A DNA stretch of 64,000 nt, taken from the sequence record MK250028.1; one strand, given 5' to 3'. A program made the translations under genes and the position numbers. Under the pieces are notes generated by a model. The model was not told the origin of the DNA. It did no database searches and was given only the letters and a program-made list of their open reading frames with translations. Each line of letters starts with the position of its first letter. Position 1 is the stretch's first letter. Positions 53,930-64,000 of this stretch are shown here, piece by piece.

Positions 53930-55303
53930 ATGGCTTTATTTTTAAATAACAATATGCAATACGGTTCTGATAATAAGACATATAGTGATTCTATTGTAAT
54001 GTGTTATAATAAATAGTTTTTCTCTGATTATGACACAGCCAAAGAATCATTAATAAATAAAAATTCATTACCAGGTGAAATTACATTTGCTTATTATTAT
54101 GATAAAAATTCAGAGTATGGACAAAATGCTATTTTTTCTGTTGGACCATTAACTCAAGGATCAAATATCATATATAAAAACGCTAATGAAATAGATACAG
54201 TCGTAGATACATTAAATGAAACACTTACATATATAAATTCAAGTGTATCTAATATAGATAAACGAATTAATACTTCATTAAATAATTGTAGAGATTATGT
54301 AGATGAAAAAATTGATGATTTTAAAGTAGATATATCAGAAATAGAAAGTAATTTAGACATTCTTAATCGCAGATGTAAAGATGATAGTACAAATTTAAAT
54401 TTATAGATTCGTACTTTAAGAATTGATATGAATAATAAATTTGATGATACTAATAAAAATATTAAAAAATATATTGATAATACATCAACTGCAATTGTTA
54501 ACTATATTAATAATACATCCGACAATATTGTTGATTATATTAATCGTTCAATTTCTGAATCTTTTGATAATACAGTAGATAATACAAATTCATCTATTAA
54601 TTATACAAAAAATGAATTGACAAGTTCTATTACTAATTTTAAGAATGAGTTAAATTAGAAAATCACAGGTTTAGAAGGTACTCATAATAGTGATATTACT
54701 CGTTTAACTAACATTATTGATGAAGATGTTAAAGCAGATTTAACTAGATTATCTAATAGATTAAATAATTATATTATATCAAATGAAGATAATATAAAAT
54801 CTATCAATGAAAGTATATCCACAAATGTATTAACTTTAAATGATAAAATAGAATCAGTTGCTGGTAGAATTGTAGATTATAGTCCTAGACTTTCAGATAT
54901 AGAAAAACAAATATCAGTTGTTAATAATATTCCAGCAACAATAGAAAGTCAAAATAAATCTATTTCAAATCTTAATGACAAAATGAAACAAATTGAGGAC
55001 AAATATAATATACATTTTCAAGCTAATATAGAACAAAATCAAAAAAATATAACGTTATTAAACGAAAATATATCTGATATTAAAATAGATATGGCTGAAA
55101 TACGTACAAGTATTCGTGTAGATTAGGGTACAATAGGCGATAATATTAGAACTATAGAATAGAAAATAGATGATATAATTGAAAGATTAACAAAAATAGA
55201 TGTATCAATTAATACATTAGAAAATTATGATAAAACAAATGATGATACCCATAAAGATTTATTAGTAGAATTAAAATCTTATAAAAATTCATTAGATTAT
55301 TAA
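53930..55303 (+). CDS. TAG-recoded 457-aa coiled-coil protein, putative tail fibre or structural
   Basis: ATG 53930 to TAA 55303, in frame with fragment 54428-54658. Terminator hairpin and TAATAAATA upstream. Confidence 0.75.
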
Positions 55304-55325
55304 AAATTAAAAATTAAATTATATT

Positions 55326-57881
55326 ATGGAATATAAAAGTGCGTTACTGAATGAGTTAATATCTATATTAGATAAACGTAGTCAAATAGGAGAATAGAAA
55401 TTATCAGATACTATTAATTATGTAAAAAGTTATGATTCATCTATTACACGTAAATTAAGTAATGATGTAGATAATCTTAATTCTTCTATTAATAATGTTG
55501 GCGATTTAATTACAGGGAAATTAAATACAAGTATTAATAAAATTAATAGTGAATTAAGTTAGACTATATAGAATGTATCCTCAAAATTAGATTCATCAAT
55601 TAAAGAACTAATTAGAAATATTAATAGTTCATTTAATATAGTTAATAATGATCAAACATTATTATTATCTCAACTTAAAGATGAATTAGGAATTGACATA
55701 AACAATGTTGATAATAAATATGATTCATTAGTAAGGAATTTATCAACTAATTTAAATAGTAGTATTTCAGATTTATCAACAAGACTTACACAAAAAGTTA
55801 ATTCTATTGATACTAAATATGATTCTGATATAGATAGTTTAAAGTCTAAGCATGCAGAAGATATTGGCGAATTATAGAGATTAATTAATAGTACTGAAGA
55901 AAAGTTATCAAATAAAGAAACAAGAGATATTGGATCTGTTGAATCTAATATAAGAACAACTGAAACAACTTTAAGAAATGATTATGGTACGAAGATAGAT
56001 ACTTTAAATACATCAGTTAATAATTATTTCAATAAACAAGATACAAATATTAATTATAACAATATTTCTATAGGTGAAGTATCTACAAGATTAAAAAGAG
56101 AGGTAGACAACTTATAGAATACATTAAATGTATCTACAACAGATATTTATAATAAATTAGGTATTATAGATAATAAAATTGATACATCATTAAGTAACGT
56201 AAATGATAAAATTAATAATTAGTTTGATGCATCAATTAAAGCATTAAATACATCTATTATCACATTAAAAGGTGACATAAATACTAAATTTGTAACTACA
56301 AATACATCTATAAACTTATTAGATAGTAAATAGAAAAAAATAGACACATCATTATCAAATCTTATAATAACATTTAATGATTTGATATATACAGAAAAAG
56401 TTAATGGCATTATTGATACATTCAGAGAAATGGAAGATTTCTTAAGTAATATATCAGATGATAGTACATTAACCGGAATGATGAAAGATCTTAAAACATC
56501 TATTGATCAACATATTAATAGTTCTATTGATGAAGTTAATGGAACTATTTCAAGTGTTAAATAGGAAATAGGTTCAAACATTAATACTCGTATTAATGCT
56601 CTTGAACAAACATTAAATACTACTGTAAATAATAATATCGTAGATATTAATTCTTCAATAAGTGATATTAGTACAAAATTAGATGCATCTATTAAATAGC
56701 AATAGCAATATGTTCAAGGTAATATTGAAAGTATTAATTCTTCATTAGATAAATTAAATACAACTATTACATAGAATGTAGATACTTCATTAAAGAGTAT
56801 TCAATCATAGTTAAATACATCTTTGAATACAGTTAATACAAGTATATCAGGATTAAATCAAGATATAGTAAATACAAAAAGTAGGGTTAGTAAGTTAGAA
56901 TTAGAAAATGTTGTAAGTATTTAGAATACACAAGGTACAAATAATAAAACATGGAATAATAATAATAATTCTGTATAGGATGATACATATGTTGTAAATA
57001 CATAGGTATTTAATACACATGTAAATGGTAAACCTGTAAAGCAATCAGTTCGTCTTGTTAATGATAATATTATTAAAGAGATGAATAAATCTGAAAAAGC
57101 TGTTACAACATAGTTACTTGCAATTAATACAAAATTATCAAATATTGATAGTAGTATTTCAAATGTATTAGATACATCTTATATTAATAAGAAAAACAAA
57201 TATACAACTAATGGATTTAATACAATTGGCACATGTTTAGATTTTATTATTAATGATATGTATTATACTGCACCTGCTGCTGTTAATGTAACATATAATG
57301 TAACACCTACATCATTTATTAGAGGCAAGAATACTGCTGTTACATTTACATATAAAGTGAATAATTATCTTAATAATATACAAAGTATTACTTATAATAA
57401 TCAGTCAAAAACAGAAAAAGAATTTACAGAAACTATTACTGTTAATAATTCTGTATCTAGATCATTGTCTGTTATATCAAATTATGTTGATAGTAAAGAC
57501 GCGAAACCTGCTGCATTTACAAAAACAATATCATCTAATGCAACACTCGAATTATATGTATGGACATCAACCTCTACTACATTTAATAAAGCATATACAG
57601 CAAGTAATATGCCAGATGGTTATACAATATATAATTATAGTTCATCTAATTATAGTATTAATGTAAATAATGGTAATACTGCTAAATATATATTCTTTGT
57701 ATCTGATAAGAATTTATCAGAAGCAAAGTTCTTTGTATATGAACATGGTGGTTCGCCTACATTAGGTGGTGGTATTTCTAATTTAGGAACTATAACAATA
57801 TAGAAATATGATATTGCGATAACATATTACTTATATAGATCAAATAATGTTCTTAACGGAAATTGGGACATTAAGTTTTAA
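55326..57881 (+). CDS. TAG-recoded 851-aa coiled-coil fibre with a beta-rich C-terminal domain
   Basis: ATG 55326 to TAA 57881, in frame with 56382-56564 and 57258-57803. Confidence 0.75.
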
Positions 57882-57917
57882 CAATAAATAATAAAAATAA
57901 TTATATAATTTAATTAT

Positions 57918-60900
57918 ATGGCAATTAAAATTCCAGATACACTGAGAACATCGAATAGTACATATCCTATTGCGTTATCAGAAGAAATACAAGGTGGTAT
58001 TCGTGGAGTTTAGACTGTAGATGATTTAAGTAAGATTAATAAAGCTTTAATATCAACTGGTATGTTAGTATGGGTTGAAAAGTCAAAGAGTTATTATAAG
58101 TATACTAATGGTGAATGGACCATATTATCTGCATCTGCATCAGGAACACCATTACTTACATCTGCATAGATTAAAGTTTTAAAAGAGCAAGGTGTTTTAC
58201 CAGAGAATTATATTTGGATACGAACTAAAGGAGATAGTGATTTTATTGAAGGTGAAGTAACTAATAATACATATAAAACATCAAATAACGGAAATTATGT
58301 AGATATTTTATTTCAAGCTATAAGACAGTTACAAACAGAAGTTGCTAAAATGAGGAATACATTCAAATATGGTATGTATTCTTGCACTAATAAAGAAATG
58401 GCAGTTTCAAATGTTGTTAATGAAATGAAAACAACTCCCGCAGAAGAACCATTATGGGCAATAGAAGAAGATGGATTATCTTATGTATATGCATTGGATT
58501 TTTTACAAGGATATGATAAAGATCCTTCAAAACAAACATATAGTTTTTTTACGAAAATAAATGGTTTGATTGAAAATGTTAATGGTTAGTATTATGATAT
58601 TTCAGATACTAATCGAGAGAAATCAAAAAATGTATATTTTACTCATAAATCTACGGATTCTATGGATGATGAAGATATAGATGATAAAAGTATATTTAAT
58701 GACGCAGATGGAAAGGCTCCTGAAAGTATTAGTATGTTGGAAGCAATGGATGATCCAAAACAATTTATTTATATGACAATAACCAATAAAAAAGAAAATG
58801 GAAAAACTTTTTTATTGGATTTCTCCGTACTTATAGAGCCTAAAAAACATAAGTCTATATCTTCAGGTACATAGCGTGTTTCTATAGATAATATTAACTT
58901 CACTAATTTAATGCCAAATTATGTTGATACAGTTAATGTTATGTTATTACTTAATCGTAAAATGTGTAAAGAAACAACTGTAGGAGATGTAACGACATAT
59001 ACATGGTATGGAAATAACTATCTATATGTTTCTATTAGTGATTATTATTCTAATGATGTAATTATTCAGGGATATTATAATAAAAATGATGGAAAACTTT
59101 ATAAGAATATTCAAGATTTAGGTGATCAATATTTCTTTAGTACTGTATATTTTGGTAATTTAAAATTGAATAAATTTAACATTTATTCAAGATATTAGGA
59201 TTTTACTAAATTCATAAATGAAACAGATAAAGTTGTTAAACCTAATATACCTAATGATAGTGATTATAGATATAAAGTTGCACATATAACAATACGTTCT
59301 GTTACTGATGAAGCGGAATTAAAAGAAATAAAACAATATCTTCCAAATAATGAATTAATATGGGAAGAAAAGAATAGTGTTTTATGGATAAAAACAAACA
59401 ATAAAACAGTACAAATTGGAGGTACTAGTAATTCAAATAATAACGGAAATCAAAATAACAATAATAGTGATAGTATGACACAAGAAGAATTAATAAAAGC
59501 CCTTAAGGAAATGGGTATTGTTTATGATTCAAATAATGGGTTAGAATTAGAATAGGCAAAAGTTGAGGACATTACTTTTATTAATTCTAATTTGACAGAC
59601 AAATATGTATATTCAATAGATTCAGAAGGAAATCTACATTCTACTATAGTTCCTAAAGTAACATTGAAATCACGTGTTGCAAATAAAGGCTTATATGAAT
59701 CAAATAAACCAGGTTCTACATTTACAAGTCGTGGATTCGTCGCAAATCTCGTGTGTGGTGAGAAGAATACGGAATTAGGAATTGATAATACATTAAGTGC
59801 AAGTTCAAATGGTTCAATATTAAATGAATCTGATAGAATTCACATTTCTCAATTTTATGCTCCATTATCAACAGATATAGAAGAAGGTAAAATAGGATGT
59901 TCTCATGCATTTATAGAGTTAACAAATACATCTCCATATGATTTCTAGTTAGATGGATGCTATTTGCATTTCTTCTCACTTAATGATACAAATTAGACAA
60001 CATATTATAATTTACCATTAAAGGGTGTAATTCCTGCAGGTAATACATTTTTGATTAGAGGCAAAAAATATGCTGATTACAAGAATTCCAATGTATTCAT
60101 TAAGGTAAATTCATTTGATATAGAATGGTTTATAGAAAAAGATCAACTTATAGATTTAACCGTTAATACTATATATAATGGATATGCACTTGCGTTAACA
60201 TATGGTAATACAGTAGTAGAAAATGGAGTAGAAACAGAAATTAGTCCAGTAACAACATTAGCAAAAGTAGATACAGATAAAACAAACAAATATAGAGATA
60301 ATTATATTGACGGTATTATATATTCTTATAAAGTTGCTAATATTCCTAATACATATAGAACATGGGCTATATTTAATTCCGGATATAATGTATTATCTAA
60401 TAGCTTATTTAGAGAAACATTCTTATTGGACCCATCAAAACAAGGTTATCAAGCATTGAATTCAAATAAGAAGGATACATCTAGAGTACGTCATGCTACA
60501 ACAGCAGATTTCTAGTTATTATCTTTAGCAAATGAATTCATACAATTCCCAAAATCTGATTCAGTAAAAGCCGTTTCTGATTATACACCAAAAGCATCAT
60601 TTGAACATAAAACAGTTATTACAGAAAAGAGTAATATTGATTTAAATAAACCAAATATGATTACATGTGCGTTTGGTATTAATATGTTAACAACAAGATG
60701 TTTTAACTGGATTTCAGGAGGTATTTTTGATGAATTCATTTGGATTAGAAAGAAAGGTAGTATAACAGCTTGGAAAGATTGTGTACGATATGAATCTTAT
60801 ACAAGTTCAAAATGTGGTGTTGTTACAGAAAAATCTACTAATGAAATTCAAAAGAAAACATTTAATGTTGATAATGAAAAGATAAAGGAATTAAAAGAAT

Positions 60901-62630
60901 GTGTATATGATAGAATAACAGGTATATTTCCTGGTACTACCACACAATATACTGCACATAAGGTAATAGTTACATTACCTACGCCGTCAACTGGCACATC
61001 AGAATATGAATATTGCGTTGGACGACCATTATTAGATGGTACACCTGATCCTGATCATACAAATGTATCAGATCCATATACATTTACAATGTATGCAAGT
61101 TCTTATGTTCCTAGAGTTTATCAAACATCTGACCAACAAGGTTTCCATTGGATTGAATATCAAGTATGGGCTGGTGCAGCTAAGAAATTAAATGAATACA
61201 TTAATAATACTAAGAGTACAACATATATGCCAGTATTAGTAAATACTGGTGATATGACTCAATCTGGTTCTCGTATATCAGAATGGTATGATTATTATGA
61301 AGCTGGTAAGTGTTTGTTTAACCATCTTGAACAAATGAATGTTGTTGGTAATAATGACCTTGCAAATATTGATCCTACTATATTAGGTACGGGTGATGAT
61401 GCTGGTAAATCAAATTCATTCTATTTCCATGTATTCTATTGTTATGAAGTTGATGATTTTGAAGGTACTGCTTATCCTATCATTAATAAGAAATATATTC
61501 CATCATTATATTACTTTGGCACAACAGATTATAGATTCATAATGGTTAACTCAGAAATCACAACAAAATGTTGTAATGATTGGTTTAATATTGGTAATTA
61601 TAACATTTATACAGGTTATACTATTGCATCTTCAAATAATACATATAAAACAGATAATACATGGACACCAATTTATGATAGATTATATGCTATTATGAAT
61701 AATTTTACAGGTAAACAATTTATAACTGCATGTCATGAAATGCCATTTACCGTTATTACAAAAGCAAATATTAAGAAAGAAACAAATATATTAGCAGCAT
61801 AGAGAAGTGCATCTGGTACATCATTGGTAGGTTCTCACTTAAATTCTATAACTGCTGAAGATACAGGTTTTGGTTTTAATTGGTTTTCAAGATTACTTGA
61901 ATATTTTGCAAGTAAAGGTAAGACTAAATTATGTATTGGTGGACATAAACATACATATGCTATGACATTCCCTATTAGAGAGAATTATACATATACAAAT
62001 AATAGTGCAACTGTTGATTCAAAAACAACACCTATGCCAATGTCAGCAAATCTTAATAATAAAATTGAGCAATCTGTTAAATGGACAAAAAAATATACAT
62101 ATAATGCAGATACCTGTACATTTACAGAAAGTACATCTGGCACAGAAACAGTAAATACAAGTAAATTACCTTATATTACAAAAGATGTGAAATCAATGTC
62201 TTATAATGGTACAACAACTATTGCACAAGCTGCAAGCGCTATCTAGGGATTCTTACCATATCAATACTTAAATACGTTAACAACAAGTAATGCAATAACT
62301 TATTTAATGTGTTAGGCTACAGGTTATAAATATTCATCAAATAAAGAATTACCTGCATATACATAGGCATTCTCTGAACTTATACCATAGACAACAGAGG
62401 CGGAAAAACCAGCGTCAACATAGAAATTCCCTATGTTTATTGATATTACTTTGAATAATACTACAATTACATTTAAATTGATAAGTGTTACTAACGTATT
62501 TGATTCTGCATATTTGTTTACTCAGCGTACATATGGTACAGAAAATAGTGGATTAAACTATATGAAATTAGGATCTAATTCTTTATATGGTACATGGCAA
62601 GCGTCATCAACAAATTTAAAGACTCTTTAA
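57918..62630 (+). CDS. TAG-recoded 1570-aa protein with a lamin-tail-like domain and a calcineurin-like metallophosphoesterase domain
   Basis: All track fragments from 58350 to 62630 share the frame. FIELTNTS.YDF.LDGCYL...LKGVIPAGNTFLIRG (LTD-like). TSDQQG, NTGDMTQ, VGNND, CHEMP and GGHKHTY (metallophosphoesterase motifs). Confidence 0.78.
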
Positions 62631-62656
62631 TAAAAATATCAATCTAATATAATAAT

Positions 62657-64000
62657 ATGAAATATAATGGAACAGATAATATTATAACTGATAATGACAT
62701 CCTTGTTACTTCCAGCGCTGGAAGTAACAAGGATCTTCATACAGTTATAGAAGAACAACAATATGACATTGATGAATTAAAATCAAATGTCAAATGGATT
62801 TATAAATACGGTGGTGTCGGTGGTGTCGGTGGCTCCGGAAGTGGTTCTGTAAGTGCTGGAAAATGGTCTGCAGATGTATATATTAATGATGTGCCAGTAA
62901 CTAATGGTTCTATAACTGATTTATCAAAAAAACTTATTAATGATATAGCTCCTATTACTGTCAAAGTTTCTATTAAAAACCCTTCTGCTGGTGGATATAA
63001 GTTTAAATTGGAATATGGATATGATGATGGTTCATTCCAAACATATCCTCAATCATTAACAACAGATAATAATTGTAGTGCAGAATTTAATCTTAAAATT
63101 TCAAAAAATTCACAATTAGTTATAAAAGTAACAGATATAGATAATAATTATAAACAGACGATATATAAGTACTATATTTATGGTTTAGATTATAAAATAA
63201 TTCCAATGACTTATAATAGTCAAGGTGTTTTATATGAACTTAAAGATTTTGATTATAAACCTAGTCAATTTCCAAATGGTGTTGTTTATAGATTATCAAT
63301 TAATAATTTCGCTGGATTTATAATTAATTATAATATTGTAAGTACTATTGATTGCAAAATTATATAGATTAATGAATAGAATTATAAACTATATAATACA
63401 GATAAAAATAATGGTTCATATTATGATAATGAAAATTTAAAAGGTTATTTACAATCAAATGATACTATAATTACATTAGATTATTTAATAACGCAAGATA
63501 CTTTGAAAAATGAACTTAACTTTGGTTCTCAAACATTCATGGCGTATATAGAAAGTATAAGTAATGGTATTTCAAATAAAAATGAAGTAAAATCAGAATA
63601 TTCTATTGTGCCTGATAGTAATCAATATGTTATATGTTTATCTGAATCTATTATGGGTAAAGTTTATGATGATAATACAAATATTAGCATAGTAGAAGCA
63701 CAAAAAAAAGGAAATGCGTTTAATGTAGGTGATTCCGTATCATTTAAATTAAGACCATTTAATTTCTCCTCTGATACAATTACAATTAATTATACATTAA
63801 TTAATACGGAAAATGATATTAATACTTCTAGTATTATAAATTTAAAAGCAGGACGTTATATATCTCAATCATTTAAAGTATATTCGGGATGGAATAAGTT
63901 AATAATTAATACTAATATTGTAAAATATTATTATGGTGTAAAAATTTCAGCTTCTGTAAACTGGTATAATCAAAACGGTGAAAATAATTCAAAGGCAAAG
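62657..64000 (+). CDS. TAG-recoded protein running off the right edge, putative structural
   Basis: ATG 62657. After TAG codons at 63365 and 63377 the frame stays open to the window end. Gly-rich hinge YGGVGGVGGSGSGS. Confidence 0.72.

Noticed and set aside
1-64000. CRISPR array, rRNA or transposase
   Set aside because: I saw no regularly spaced direct repeats with unique spacers, no rRNA-like sequence and no IS transposase motifs.

Overview
This is a very AT-rich segment of a T4-like jumbo or megaphage of Bacteroidota. It resembles Lak phages: eight host-type GTATCTTTG (TAnnTTTG) promoter boxes, plus gp20 portal, gp55 late sigma and UvsW homologues. The supplied standard-code ORF track is misleading, because TAG is read as a sense codon (genetic code 15, most likely Gln). 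Reading TAG through joins dozens of fragments into long genes that end in TAA or TGA: structural and tail proteins at <1-11.4 kb and 53.9-64 kb, portal, gp55, UvsW, a papain-family protease and three homing endonucleases. Accessory and metabolic genes (RNA ligase, dnaK exons, dnaJ, grpE, fhs, a PRPP-synthetase-like gene) contain no in-frame TAG. The main discovery is the amber suppressor tRNA (anticodon CUA, 40050-40366), which is split inside its anticodon (CU|A) by a 245-nt group I intron. The late sigma factor gp55 needs three TAG read-throughs. Together these suggest a cascade: splicing, then suppressor tRNA, then gp55/UvsW, then the late programme. Other notable items are a second group I intron carrying a TAG-dependent endonuclease inside dnaK and a tmRNA. 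A tRNA array (48.7-51.7 kb) sits behind what looks like a Met/Cys-rich leader-peptide attenuator and is interleaved with several unannotated structured RNAs, including two tRNA-like molecules with large multibranched insertions. All family assignments come from motif recognition by eye; no searches were run.
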